In this document: piece by piece, positions 1 through 9,336 of the stretch
How the letters are laid out: each line of letters begins with the position of its first letter
Position numbering within the stretch: position 1 is the stretch's first letter
NCBI GenBank assembly: GCA_001785445.1
Contig: MFTV01000010.1
Span: 101,566 to 165,565, forward strand
Source of the DNA: Candidatus Nomurabacteria bacterium RIFCSPHIGHO2_02_40_30
Lineage (GTDB): Bacteria > Patescibacteriota > Minisyncoccia > Phycocordibacterales > UBA9973
Length of the DNA stretch: 64,000 nt
Direction of reading: 5' to 3'
Position numbers and translations under genes: made by a program
Notes under the pieces: model-generated
Told to the model about the DNA's origin: nothing
The model's database searches: none
Seen by the model: the letters and a program-made list of their open reading frames with translations, nothing else

Positions 1-444
1 CCAGTAACTGCCAAAAGCCAAGCCCTAAAAGACTTGATTAAGAATAACTGCAAAAATATAAATGTCTTGAATGTCGGATGTTCACATCTCGAAAATCTTG
101 TAGAACAAGGCATATTGAATGGCGATTATGTAAACAATCTTCTTTTGAAATATTTGGAGGGAATTAAAGATTCTGATGCTGATTGTCTAGTTTTAGGTTG
201 TACGCATTATCCTTTTCTTAAAAAATCTATTGGAAAAATTCTCGGCTCACGGATTCAAATTGTAGATAGCGGGGAAGCTGTTGCCAAGCAAACACGATCC
301 TTGCTTCTTACTAATAAGATGAAAAAAAATCCCAGAAGTAGGGGAGCAAATCTTTATTTTACTACCGGCGATTCAGCCCAATTTTCAAAAGTTGCCTCCA
401 AGTTGTTAAAAAAGAAAGTGAAAGCTAAAAAAGTAAAGATTTAA
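1..444 (+). CDS. murI: Glutamate racemase, C-terminal part (5' end lies upstream of the window)
   Basis: The frame stays open from position 1 to the stop at 444. The translation carries the glutamate-racemase second active-site motif LVLGCTHYP followed by VDSG. The ORF track only starts at the internal Met at 34. Confidence 0.65.
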   Translation, partial: PVTAKSQALKDLIKNNCKNINVLNVGCSHLENLVEQGILNGDYVNNLLLKYLEGIKDSDADCLVLGCTHYPFLKKSIGKILGSRIQIVDSGEAVAKQTRSLLLTNKMKKNPRSRGANLYFTTGDSAQFSKVASKLLKKKVKAKKVKI

Positions 445-485
445 CTCCAGTTGCTTTTTTGGACTTTTTCATATAACATACACTC

Positions 486-644
486 ATGTCACAAGATAGA
501 CTTATAAAGCTAGCCTGCGGGACTTGCAAGCGCATTAATTACTGGTCCAGCAAGAATAAGAAACTGGTAACCGAAAAAATCGAGCTCAAAAAATACTGCA
601 AATGGTGTCGCAAGCAGACCAAGCATAAGGAGGCTAAGAAATAG
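486..644 (+). CDS. rpmG: 50S ribosomal protein L33
   Basis: A 52-aa ORF shorter than the track cutoff: MSQDRLIKLACGTCKRINYWSSKNKKLVTEKIELKKYCKWCRKQTKHKEAKK. It has the typical L33 length, a Cys-x2-Cys ... Cys-x2-Cys zinc ribbon, and sits in the classical position just upstream of tRNA-Trp. Confidence 0.8.
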   Translation: MSQDRLIKLACGTCKRINYWSSKNKKLVTEKIELKKYCKWCRKQTKHKEAKK

Positions 645-671
645 ATTTTCTCTCTATTTCTGTTATACTAA

Positions 672-697
672 AGGCGACCTTAAATAGGTCGTTTTTT
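672..697 (+). terminator. Rho-independent terminator after rpmG
   Basis: Stem GGCGACCT / AGGTCG with loop TAAAT, followed by TTTTTTG. Confidence 0.45.
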
Positions 698-712
698 GTT
701 CAATTAGTATTT

Positions 713-785
713 GGGCGATTAGTTAAGTGGCATAACTTCGGTCTCCAAAACCGATGTCGGGAGTTCGATTCTCTCATCGCCCGCC
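713..785 (+). tRNA. tRNA-Trp (anticodon CCA)
   Basis: Acceptor stem GGGCGAT/ATCGCCC, anticodon stem TCGGT/ACCGA with loop CTCCAAA (CCA at positions 34-36), T-arm GGGAGTTCGATTCTCTC. The 3' CC is encoded but not a full CCA. Confidence 0.85.
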
Positions 786-794
786 TTATATTTA

Positions 795-823
795 TGAACA
801 CTTTTAAAAATTATACATATAAT
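795..823 (+). promoter_or_regulatory. Putative sigma70 promoter for otsA (TGAACA, 17 nt, TATAAT)
   Basis: The -35-like TGAACA lies at 795-800, followed by a 17-nt spacer and a perfect -10 TATAAT at 818-823, about 23 nt upstream of the otsA ATG. Confidence 0.35.
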
Positions 824-846
824 GCATTTGGACAGCGATAAAAGTT

Positions 847-3090
847 ATGAAATATATTTTTGCCATTATTGGTAGTGTGGTTGTAGCTGTGAGCTTAGTC
901 GCCCTTGGATTTAATATCAGACAAGTGGATCAAGAAAGAGCTACTTTAACGACCAACTTAGAACAACGAGCTTCTTTGCTTGCCGACAGTTTAAAAGAAT
1001 CTGTTGAGCCTTATTATGCTAATTCTATCCAATCCTCTTTCCAAGCTTCCCTTCAAAAGGTGGTCAATAAATTTGCAAATCGTGAACGCTTAGCTGGCAT
1101 AGCTCTTTATGATAATAAAGGAATACTATTAGCTACTTCTTCAGGACTACCAAAAGCCATAATTGAAAATACAAAAATTGTAGCCGAGGCCATGGACAGC
1201 AACACATCAAATAATGATTTTTTTGATACTGAAGGAGAGGACCGTTACGTGCATGTTGACCCTCTGCACAATGATGAAAGTATAGTTGGGGCACTCATGG
1301 TGGTTCAAAACGCCGGATATATAAATGCAAGAATTGGAGAAATATGGAGAGGAAATTTATTGAGATTACTGATCCAAGTAATAATATTTTCAATAACCAT
1401 TTTCATAATTTTGAGATTTTTTGTTTTTCGTCAAGTTATTCGCTTTGTAGAATCCGTGAAAAAAATTAGAATGGGCGAAGGTAAGGAAAGTTTCAAAGAT
1501 GAAGGTAAATATTCCTTTTTTACCCCGCTTGCAAAAGAAATTACTCATATTACAAAAAGTTTATCACAGGCGCGTTTGTCGGCTCAAGAGGAAGCCCGAA
1601 TGCGTCTGGAAAAACTTGATAGCCCATGGACATCTGAACGTCTTTCGGAATTCATAAAAGCCACTTTAAAAGAGAGACCTATTTTTGTGGTATCTAATCG
1701 TGAACCCTATGAACATTATACTAACTCAAAAGGTGAAGTAAGTTATCGAGTTCCTGCTGGCGGAATTGTCACCGCTATTGAACCAGTGATGGTGGCTTGC
1801 AAAGGTACTTGGATTGCTTGGGGCAGTGGAAATGCAGACAAGACAGTTGTTGATAAAGATAATAAAATTAAAGTTCCTCCCCATGAACCAAAATACACTC
1901 TAAAAAGGGTTTGGCTTTCAGACGAAGAAGTGACTGGTTACTATAATGGATTTTCCAATGAAGCAATGTATCCTCTTTGTCTGATGGCACATACTCGTCC
2001 ACTCTTTAGAAAAGAGAACTGGCAAGAGTACAAAAAAGTAAATGGCATATTTGCAAAAAATGTACTCGCAGAGATAAGAGATGTTCAAAATCCTCTTGTA
2101 TTAATTCAAGACTATCATTTAGCGCTTCTACCACAAATAATAAAGAAAAGTAGACCAGATGCTCAAATTGGAATATTCTGGCATGTGCCTTGGCCAAGTC
2201 CTGAAGCTTTTAGTGTTTGTCCGTGGCGTAAAGAAATATTACAAGGAATGCTGGGTGCTGATATTGTAGGTTTTCATATTCAACAGTTTTGTAATAATTT
2301 TATAAATACTGTCGGCAAGGAAATGGAATCTAGATGTGACCTTGAGCAATTTTCAGTAACATATCAAAATCATACCAGTCATATAAAATCATTTCCGATT
2401 GGTATTGCCTTTACTGGTGGAAATGATGATGTAACATTTGATCCGAATGTCAGTAAAAATCTTTTAGAAAAATTAGGAATACATACTAAACATATTGGCT
2501 TGGGAGTTGATCGTCTAGACTATACAAAAGGGCTTTTAGAAAGGTTTAAAGCCTTGGAATTTTTCTTTGACACCTATCCAACTTACAAAAATAATTTTAC
2601 TTTTTTACAAATAGCATCTCCGAGTAGGGAAAGTGTTCCTAAGTATAAGCAATTTAATGCAGATGTGACAAAAGAAGTTGAACGTATAAATACTAAGTTC
2701 AAAACAAAAAATTGGCAACCCATCGTTCTACTTAAAGAATATCATTCACACGAAGAACTGGATCCATTATTTAAGATTGCCAATGTATGTATGGTAACTT
2801 CACTACATGATGGCATGAACTTGGTAGCTAAGGAATATATCGCCGCCCGAGATAAAGAAGATGGCGTTTTGATTCTAAGTCAATTTGCTGGTGCTGTGCG
2901 AGATCTTAAGGGTGCTTTAATAATAAACCCATACAGCGCAGAAGAAACATCAGAAGCAATAAATACAGCTCTCAATATGGCATTACTAGAACAACAAAGA
3001 CGAATGAAGAAAATGCGTGAATCTATTAAAAATTATAATATTTATCGTTGGTCTGCAGAATTTATCAAAGCAGTTACGAGTCTAAGTTAA
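847..3090 (+). CDS. otsA: Membrane-anchored sensor-like protein fused to trehalose-6-phosphate synthase (GT20/OtsA domain)
   Basis: Residues from about 280 onward match OtsA/GT20 (IFVVSNREPYEH ... GGIVTAIEP ... retaining GT-B fold). The N-terminal ~270 aa comprise TM1 (res 5-22), a ~145-aa extracytoplasmic segment, TM2 (LLRLLIQVIIFSITIFIILRFFVF) and an amphipathic HAMP-like linker. Confidence 0.7.
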   Translation: MKYIFAIIGSVVVAVSLVALGFNIRQVDQERATLTTNLEQRASLLADSLKESVEPYYANSIQSSFQASLQKVVNKFANRERLAGIALYDNKGILLATSSGLPKAIIENTKIVAEAMDSNTSNNDFFDTEGEDRYVHVDPLHNDESIVGALMVVQNAGYINARIGEIWRGNLLRLLIQVIIFSITIFIILRFFVFRQVIRFVESVKKIRMGEGKESFKDEGKYSFFTPLAKEITHITKSLSQARLSAQEEARMRLEKLDSPWTSERLSEFIKATLKERPIFVVSNREPYEHYTNSKGEVSYRVPAGGIVTAIEPVMVACKGTWIAWGSGNADKTVVDKDNKIKVPPHEPKYTLKRVWLSDEEVTGYYNGFSNEAMYPLCLMAHTRPLFRKENWQEYKKVNGIFAKNVLAEIRDVQNPLVLIQDYHLALLPQIIKKSRPDAQIGIFWHVPWPSPEAFSVCPWRKEILQGMLGADIVGFHIQQFCNNFINTVGKEMESRCDLEQFSVTYQNHTSHIKSFPIGIAFTGGNDDVTFDPNVSKNLLEKLGIHTKHIGLGVDRLDYTKGLLERFKALEFFFDTYPTYKNNFTFLQIASPSRESVPKYKQFNADVTKEVERINTKFKTKNWQPIVLLKEYHSHEELDPLFKIANVCMVTSLHDGMNLVAKEYIAARDKEDGVLILSQFAGAVRDLKGALIINPYSAEETSEAINTALNMALLEQQRRMKKMRESIKNYNIYRWSAEFIKAVTSLS

Positions 3091-3093
3091 AAT

Positions 3094-3858
3094 ATGAAAT
3101 ATGTTTTTAAAGATCTTGCAAATATCAAAAAGAAACTACAGGAATCAAATTTTGTCTTGTTGCTTGATTTTGATTTGACACTTTCTCCACTTGCCAAGAA
3201 TCCCGCCAAGGCAATTCTTCCTAACGATACAAGAATTTTATTAAAAAAACTTTCAAAATATATTCATATCGCAGTTATTACTGGCAGGACCATAAAAGAT
3301 ATAAAAAAAAGAATTAAGCTCAACAGCTTAACATACGTAGGTAATCACGGATTGGAATATGAAGTCGGGGGTGTTGCTAGAAGCAGTCAATTATTAGTTG
3401 AATCTAAAAAAGGATTAAAAGATATAAAAAAGAAATTTTTAAATATAAAAAGAAAATATTCTGGTGTACTTATCGAAGACAAGAAACTTGGCCTCGCTTT
3501 ACATTATCGACTACTTTTGTCCCAAGATAAGTTTGCGTTTATGGCGGATATTAAAAAAATCCAAACAGAAATAAAAAATTATGGTCTTCGTGGAATCCTT
3601 TATAAAAGAACCCTAGAGGTAAGACCGGAGACAAAAGAAGACAAAGGCACAGCTTCGCTGCTCATACTTAAAAAATTTGGCAATCCTAAACAAGTAATTT
3701 ATATAGGAGACGGCAAAACAGACGAAGATGCGTTTCGCGCGTTACCTAAAGGTATAACTATCAGGGTAGGAAAATCCAAACATAGTGTTGCTGAATATTA
3801 TGTAAATAGTACGAAAGAAGTAAAAAAATTTCTCGTTTGGCTATTATATATAGTATAA
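3094..3858 (+). CDS. otsB: Trehalose-6-phosphate phosphatase (HAD superfamily)
   Basis: HAD motif I is LLDFDLTLSP (a DxD-like nucleophile motif) and motif III is GDGKTDEDAF. The gene follows otsA with a 3-nt gap. Confidence 0.65.
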   Translation: MKYVFKDLANIKKKLQESNFVLLLDFDLTLSPLAKNPAKAILPNDTRILLKKLSKYIHIAVITGRTIKDIKKRIKLNSLTYVGNHGLEYEVGGVARSSQLLVESKKGLKDIKKKFLNIKRKYSGVLIEDKKLGLALHYRLLLSQDKFAFMADIKKIQTEIKNYGLRGILYKRTLEVRPETKEDKGTASLLILKKFGNPKQVIYIGDGKTDEDAFRALPKGITIRVGKSKHSVAEYYVNSTKEVKKFLVWLLYIV

Positions 3859-3877
3859 AATGTTATAATTCCTATAA

Positions 3878-4150
3878 ATGGAAGAAAGAATTCAAAATTT
3901 AGAAAAAGAAGTTGAATTACTCAAAGAGAGAAATTTAAGAGTGGAGAGTGAAAAGGCTTGGGAAGTAAGCTTAACCAGACGATTATTTATTGCAATTAGC
4001 ACATATATCATTGCTGGTGTTTGGCTTATCGTAATTAATGACAGCTTTCCTTGGCTCAAAGCATTTGTGCCGGCAGTAGGCTATTTGTTTTCTACTCTTT
4101 CTTTGCCCTTTATCAAAAAATGGTGGATTAAAAATCAAAGTAAAAGATAG
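3878..4150 (+). CDS. Hypothetical small membrane protein (N-terminal coiled coil, 2 TM)
   Basis: The ORF has a charged heptad-like N-terminus (EKEVELLKERNLRVESEKAWE) followed by two hydrophobic helices. Confidence 0.4.
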   Translation: MEERIQNLEKEVELLKERNLRVESEKAWEVSLTRRLFIAISTYIIAGVWLIVINDSFPWLKAFVPAVGYLFSTLSLPFIKKWWIKNQSKR

Positions 4151-4154
4151 TTTC

Positions 4155-4493
4155 CTACTCTCCTTTAAAAGACTGCAGGACAGCGCTTACGACGGCAAGC
4201 ACAATGCCGAAGAGGAATGCTGACAAAAAGCCATCTACTGCAAATCCTGGCACTACGTAGGCTGCAAGCATTATCAAGATGCCATTTATGACTAAGACAA
4301 AAAGTCCAAGCGTCAGAACAGTAAGAGGTAAAGTGAACATTATCAGTATTGGACGCAAGAAAACATTAATAACTCCTAGCACCACAGCTACGATCAATGC
4401 TGACAAAAAGCCATCGACATGCACTCCGGGCAAAACATATGCACTTATTAATATTGCGAGAGCCGACACAACCCAATGTATAATTGTTTTCAT
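4155..4493 (-). CDS. DUF360 / phage-holin-4-like family inner membrane protein
   Basis: The 112-aa, 4-TM protein shows an internal duplication, with the motif YVxPGxxVDGFLSAxxxxxVLxxxxxxL appearing twice. This is typical of the DUF360 (YvlD-like) family. Confidence 0.5.
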   Translation of the reverse strand: MKTIIHWVVSALAILISAYVLPGVHVDGFLSALIVAVVLGVINVFLRPILIMFTLPLTVLTLGLFVLVINGILIMLAAYVVPGFAVDGFLSAFLFGIVLAVVSAVLQSFKGE

Positions 4494-5368
4494 AATACGT
4501 TTATTATAACATATGTTTTTAATTTGGAAGCATCAAACCATGTAATTTCTTTATCTCTTTTAAACCATGTCTTCTGGCGTTTGGCGTATTTGTGAATTTC
4601 TGAATTTAATTTTTCTAGCATCTCCTTTTTATTAATTTTATTTTGTAAATACAAAGCCATGAATCTGTACTCCAATCCCAATTCCTCCATTCTTTTCCAA
4701 GACAGCCCTTGCTTATGAAGTTTTTTTGCTTCATTTAACATACCCATTTTGATTCTTGTCAGCAGTCTTTTTTCTATTTTATTCTTTAACTTAGCTGTGG
4801 GCAAATATAAGCCAATCTTTATAAAGTTAAACGGAAGCCTTGCTTCCGTTTCTTTTGGTACTTTGCCTAGAGCCTTGGCTATCTCTACGGCTCTAATTAG
4901 CCTGACTTTGTTTTTGGCATCTATAGTTTTCGCTCTTTGCGGATCTAATTTCTTCAATGTTAGAAACAATGTTATCGCAGATTTTGTAACAAGTTGCTTT
5001 CGTAGTTTAATATTTGGCGGAACTTCTGGGAAAATAATGCCCTTGGTAACAGCATCTATATAAAACCCTGTACCACCGCAAATTATCGGAGTCTTGCCTC
5101 TTTTTACAATATCAGCCATGGCTGATATTGCCAGTTTTTGATACTTCACAACAGTGAATTTTATTTTTGGATTTGCTACATCAAGTAGGTGATGTGGGAC
5201 CCCCTCCATTTCTTTTTTGGTGATTTTACCGCTACCTATATTAAGATTTTTATAAACCTGCCTAGAATCAGCAGAAATTATTTCACCGTTTATTTTTTTA
5301 GCAATTTTTACTGCTAGATCGCTTTTGCCTGCAGCAGTTTGCCCTAGAATTACAATAACTTTTTGCAT
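4490..5368 (-). CDS. miaA: tRNA dimethylallyltransferase
   Basis: P-loop ILGQTAAGKSDLAVKIA, followed by IISADSRQVYKNLNIGSGK and VPHHLLD, the canonical MiaA N-terminal motifs. Confidence 0.85.
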   Translation of the reverse strand: MQKVIVILGQTAAGKSDLAVKIAKKINGEIISADSRQVYKNLNIGSGKITKKEMEGVPHHLLDVANPKIKFTVVKYQKLAISAMADIVKRGKTPIICGGTGFYIDAVTKGIIFPEVPPNIKLRKQLVTKSAITLFLTLKKLDPQRAKTIDAKNKVRLIRAVEIAKALGKVPKETEARLPFNFIKIGLYLPTAKLKNKIEKRLLTRIKMGMLNEAKKLHKQGLSWKRMEELGLEYRFMALYLQNKINKKEMLEKLNSEIHKYAKRQKTWFKRDKEITWFDASKLKTYVIINVL

Positions 5369-6697
5369 CTAAATTCTTTTGATGTCGGCGCCTAGAGCAT
5401 TTAGTTTTTCGACTATGTTTTCATATCCTCGGTCAATGTGATTTGCAGGATCGTTTATAATACTTTTCCCCGGAGCCACCAAACTAGCAAGCAACATATC
5501 TATGCCCGCACGAACATCGTGAGAATTCAATTGACTTGCTTTAAACTTCGTAGGCCCATGTACTTTGGCGCCATAAGTTTCTTTCTTACTGTATTCAGAA
5601 TTATTGAAATTATAATATTTCGCCCCATATCCTTTTGGATGAAAAAGTTCATATCTTAACCCCATTTTTTTTAATTCTCCCAAATATCTCCACCTAGTTT
5701 CAAAAATTCTTTCATGGATAGTTGATTTACCTTTGGCCATATGAGCAAGTAGCAATGTCATGATTGGTTGCCAATCTGTCATGAAGCCTGGATACCAGTC
5801 AGTCACGATTTCTAAGGTTTTTAGTGGTTTGTGGATTTTTTTTATTTTCGCAACATTATTTTTAAAATCAATATCTACGCCTATTTTCTTTAAATCCCCA
5901 ATTAACGGCTCCAACAATTTTTTGTTTGCGTTTTTAACTGCAACTTTTCCACCAGTCATAATAGAAAGAATAATAGCGGTAGCCGCTTCCAAGCGATCAT
6001 AAATTGAAAAAGTTTTAGTTCCACGAAGAAAAGGTTTTACTCCAGTTATTTCTATTACTCTGGGCTCAATTCTTTTTATTTTAGCCCCCATGTCATTCAA
6101 ACATTTTATTAAATTATCAACTTCTGGTTCTGCCGCTGCGTTTTTAAGGACAACTTTTCCTCTGTTGAAAACTGAAGCCAAAATTAAATTTTCTGTTCCG
6201 CAATGAGTATTTTTTTCAAAAGTATAAGTGACGGATTTAGGTCTAGTTGGCATTGAAATTTCCATCACATTATTTTTTTCTTTTTTTATCACCCCCCCAA
6301 GAGCTTTAATACCTTGCAAATGTCTATTGATTGGTCTTTTGCCGATAGCGTCCCCTCTGATTGGATGAAAAGTTACTTTGCCTGTTCTAGCAAGTGTGGC
6401 GCCGATAAAAAGTACAGATTGTCGAGCGGACATTGATTCAAGGGGTATTTCAGAAGAATTGATATATTTGCTTTCAACTTCGATTGAATTTTTACCCGTA
6501 AATCTTACTTTGCATCCAAGTGAAGTGAGTGTATCGATAGTTCTGTAAGTGTCAGAAATTCTTGGAATATTATAAAAAAAACACTTTTCTTTACTAAGAA
6601 GAGCGGCAATTGGAAGTTTCGGACCCGCATTTTTTGCCCCAGAAACAACATAAGTTCCTTTTAATTTTTTTCCACCCCATACAATAAATTGACTCAT
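5369..6697 (-). CDS. murA: UDP-N-acetylglucosamine 1-carboxyvinyltransferase
   Basis: The EPSP-synthase fold carries the MurA N-terminus GGKKLKGTYVVSGAKNAGPKLPIAALL. Start is placed at the Met of MSQFIVWGG (6697), because the longer track ORF to 6820 runs over the tRNA-Leu gene. Confidence 0.85.
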   Translation of the reverse strand: MSQFIVWGGKKLKGTYVVSGAKNAGPKLPIAALLSKEKCFFYNIPRISDTYRTIDTLTSLGCKVRFTGKNSIEVESKYINSSEIPLESMSARQSVLFIGATLARTGKVTFHPIRGDAIGKRPINRHLQGIKALGGVIKKEKNNVMEISMPTRPKSVTYTFEKNTHCGTENLILASVFNRGKVVLKNAAAEPEVDNLIKCLNDMGAKIKRIEPRVIEITGVKPFLRGTKTFSIYDRLEAATAIILSIMTGGKVAVKNANKKLLEPLIGDLKKIGVDIDFKNNVAKIKKIHKPLKTLEIVTDWYPGFMTDWQPIMTLLLAHMAKGKSTIHERIFETRWRYLGELKKMGLRYELFHPKGYGAKYYNFNNSEYSKKETYGAKVHGPTKFKASQLNSHDVRAGIDMLLASLVAPGKSIINDPANHIDRGYENIVEKLNALGADIKRI

Positions 6698-6699
6698 AG

Positions 6700-6782
6700 T
6701 GCCGGAGGGGAGAGTCGAACTCCCACGTCTTGCGACACGCGATTTTGAGTCGCGCATGACTACCAATTCCATCACTCCGGCG
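6700..6782 (-). tRNA. tRNA-Leu (anticodon CAA)
   Basis: The reverse complement reads GCCGGAG...CTCCGGC-A (acceptor stem), with an anticodon stem/loop CGCGA-CTCAAAA-TCGCG (CAA at positions 34-36). A long variable arm (TGTCGCAAGACGT) and T-arm GGGAGTTCGACTCTCCC are present. Confidence 0.8.
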
Positions 6783-6856
6783 AATCCACACATTCTACAC
6801 AAACTTATACCTAAAATCAATTTCTAAAATAATTTTTATTATGCTAAAATTACCTC

Positions 6857-7837
6857 ATGTCCAATTTGCATTCAAATTCAATTTTCTGGATTGATACCGA
6901 TAAAATAAAACCAAACCCTTACCAGCCAAGGCGGGACTTTGATGAAGCAACCTTGCGAGACTTGGCTGACTCTATAAAACAATACGGAGTTCTTCAACCA
7001 CTCATAGTTTCTCGCAGCGAAGTCGAAAAAGATGGCGGAGGACTGCAGACCCTGTATGAACTTATTGCGGGAGAAAGAAGACTGCGAGCCGCGAAACTTG
7101 CCGGTGTTTCGCAAATACCGGTTATCATCCGAGAAGGCGATACTGCTTTAATGAAGCTGGAATTGGCAATTATTGAAAACTTACAAAGAGAAGATCTCAA
7201 TGTAGTCGACCGCGCCCGCGCCTTTTTTCGCTTGGTTAGTGAATTTAAGTTTACCCACAACGAAGTTGCCAAGAAAATGGGCCGAAGCAGGGAATATGTT
7301 TCTAACACCCTTAGAATTTTAACCTTACCAGAAGAAATTATAAATGGTCTTTCTGAAGGAAAAATTACTGAAGGACATACAAGGCCAATACTGATGCTCG
7401 CAGACCATCCGCAGGAGCAATTGGTGCTTTTCAAAGAAATTGTCTACAAGAAAATCACGGTGCGCGAAGCAGAGAGACTTGCCAGGAAAATAGCTTTTGA
7501 CCGTGTGCGCAAGAAAGAATTTATGCCTGACCCTGAAATAACCGAACTTGAAGAAGAATTTCAAGAAAAGCTGGGAACTCGAGTGCATATAGACAGGAAA
7601 GAACTAGGCGGTCAGATTAAAATAGATTTTTTCTCTACCAACGACTTGCGAGAAATTTTAGATTTGATACAAAAATCAAATACAGAGAAGAGACCTGAAG
7701 CAATGATGGAAAACCATATTGCCAAAAGTGAAGTAAAAATAGAAAACCAAGAAAAAGCACCTATTGACGACAGAAGTAAAGAAGAGAAAACACAAGATGA
7801 GGCTGACCTTTATAATATTTCTAACTTTAGTGTTTAA
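6857..7837 (+). CDS. parB: Chromosome partitioning protein ParB/Spo0J
   Basis: ParB box motifs are present: PYQPRRDFDEATLRDLADSIKQYGVLQPLIV and YELIAGERRLRAAKLAG. The C-terminus is acidic and lysine-rich. No parA is adjacent. Confidence 0.8.
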   Translation: MSNLHSNSIFWIDTDKIKPNPYQPRRDFDEATLRDLADSIKQYGVLQPLIVSRSEVEKDGGGLQTLYELIAGERRLRAAKLAGVSQIPVIIREGDTALMKLELAIIENLQREDLNVVDRARAFFRLVSEFKFTHNEVAKKMGRSREYVSNTLRILTLPEEIINGLSEGKITEGHTRPILMLADHPQEQLVLFKEIVYKKITVREAERLARKIAFDRVRKKEFMPDPEITELEEEFQEKLGTRVHIDRKELGGQIKIDFFSTNDLREILDLIQKSNTEKRPEAMMENHIAKSEVKIENQEKAPIDDRSKEEKTQDEADLYNISNFSV

Positions 7838-7843
7838 ATATTT

Positions 7844-9319
7844 TTAGGATGTGTTACGGCCAAGGGATTTTAGTCTAGTCAGCAAACTGTTTTTCTCCAA
7901 ATAAGACCTTATATGCTTTTTGGCAATTGTTGTTTTGGCGTATTCCAGCCATTTACTGGAAGGGTGCGCATCTTTTTTCGTAACTATCTCTACAATATCT
8001 CTATTTTTTAGTTTTGAAGAAATAAGGGACATTTTGCCATTTATCTTAACTCCGGAAATATGATTGCCGATATCAGAATGGACAGAGTAAGCGAAATCAA
8101 CCGGACTTGAATCTTCCGGCAAATCTATGACATCTCCTCTCGGCGTAAAAATAAAGATACGATCGTTGAAAAAATCCATCTTTAGATGTTCTAGAAATTT
8201 TTTCGGTTCATCCAAAGTAGAGTTGAAATTTTTTAATTCCTCGATCCATTTAAATTGAGATTTGTCATTCACAGCTTTCTTATAGAGACTTTCTTTGTAG
8301 GCAAAGTGCGCCGCGATACCATAAGCCGCCTCGGCATGCATTTCTTTCGTCCTTATTTGGATTTCTACGATTCCGCCTGAACCAGTGAAAATGGTGGTGT
8401 GAATGGAACGATAGCCGTTTGGCTTTGGTAAGGCTATGTAGTCTTTGATTCTGCTTGGGAGCGGAGTCCAGAGAGCATGGATTATACCCAGCACCCTATA
8501 ACATTCCTCAATATTTTCTACCACAACACGCAATGCCACAATGTCGTAGATCTTTTCTATGTCCATATTATATTTTAGGAGTTTTTTATATAAACTATAT
8601 TTGTGTTTTATGCGGTAACTGATTTCATCAACTTTAATTTTGTTTTTCTTGAGCTCTTTCTCAAGCTGTTCTTTTACTTCTTCCAGATATTTATGGTACT
8701 TTTCTTTTTTTTCTTTTATAATTTCTTCCACTTGAGCATATTCTTTTGGATAAGCATAAGGGAAAGCTTCATCTTCGAGTTCACCTTTTAATTTACCCAT
8801 TCCCAAGCGGTTGGCTAGTGGTGCGTATACTTCTATGCTCTCAACAGCAATTCTCTTCCTTTTGTCTTCACGTAAAAATGATAGCGTTCTTAAGTTGTGG
8901 AGCCTGTCGGCAAACTTTATTATAACCACGCGTAAATCGCTTGCCATAGCAACAAAGAACTTTCTCAAACTTTCTACATGCCTTTCGTGCCCGCGATATT
9001 TTAAAGTGCCCAATTTGGTAACGCCATTTATCAAAAAGACAATATCTTTACCAAATTCTTTTTCCAATTCCTCTTCTTTGGTTTTTGTGTCTTCTAGCAC
9101 ATCATGCAAGAGTCCAGCTACTATAGTAATAGTATCCATGCCTAATTTAGCCAAGATTTTTGTAGTTTCAAAAACATGAGTAAAGTATGGGTCTCCAGAG
9201 AGTCTTTTTTGCCCAGAATGGGCATTTAAAGCTATATCATAGGCTTTATTTATGAGTTCTTCCTCTTTTTTGCTCAACCCACCCAACATAAGATCTTTTA
9301 TTTCTTTGACGCTTGCCAT
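7844..9319 (-). CDS. rel: Short RelA/SpoT homolog, (p)ppGpp synthetase/hydrolase (HD + synthetase + TGS, no C-terminal ACT/ZFD region)
   Basis: The HD domain (HSGQKRLSGDPYFTHVFE...LLHDVLEDT), the synthetase domain (YRSIHTTIF...GGIVEIQIRT) and a TGS domain (IFIFTPRGDVIDLP) are present. The protein is only 491 aa. Confidence 0.8.
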   Translation of the reverse strand: MASVKEIKDLMLGGLSKKEEELINKAYDIALNAHSGQKRLSGDPYFTHVFETTKILAKLGMDTITIVAGLLHDVLEDTKTKEEELEKEFGKDIVFLINGVTKLGTLKYRGHERHVESLRKFFVAMASDLRVVIIKFADRLHNLRTLSFLREDKRKRIAVESIEVYAPLANRLGMGKLKGELEDEAFPYAYPKEYAQVEEIIKEKKEKYHKYLEEVKEQLEKELKKNKIKVDEISYRIKHKYSLYKKLLKYNMDIEKIYDIVALRVVVENIEECYRVLGIIHALWTPLPSRIKDYIALPKPNGYRSIHTTIFTGSGGIVEIQIRTKEMHAEAAYGIAAHFAYKESLYKKAVNDKSQFKWIEELKNFNSTLDEPKKFLEHLKMDFFNDRIFIFTPRGDVIDLPEDSSPVDFAYSVHSDIGNHISGVKINGKMSLISSKLKNRDIVEIVTKKDAHPSSKWLEYAKTTIAKKHIRSYLEKNSLLTRLKSLGRNTS

Positions 9320-9336
9320 AGAACAATTGTAGCATT

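Noticed and set aside
2006-2197. Antisense or alternative-frame short ORFs inside otsA, topA, purL, lysS, dap genes and others (for example 2006-2197, 9570-9758, 10223-10498, 26707-27168, 36103-36531, 59261-59692)
   Set aside because: They are embedded in strongly supported genes on the other strand or frame. They have low-complexity or Ser/Pro-rich composition typical of shadow ORFs, with no motifs.
5369-6820. The full-length 483-aa track ORF as the murA gene
   Set aside because: Its first 41 codons overlap a well-formed minus-strand tRNA-Leu(CAA) and have no MurA similarity. The conserved MurA N-terminus begins at the internal Met (6697).
6783-7900. A canonical parS site (TGTTTCACGTGAAACA) near parB
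   Set aside because: No match to the 16-bp parS consensus was spotted by eye in the parB gene or its flanks. This is not excluded without a proper pattern search.
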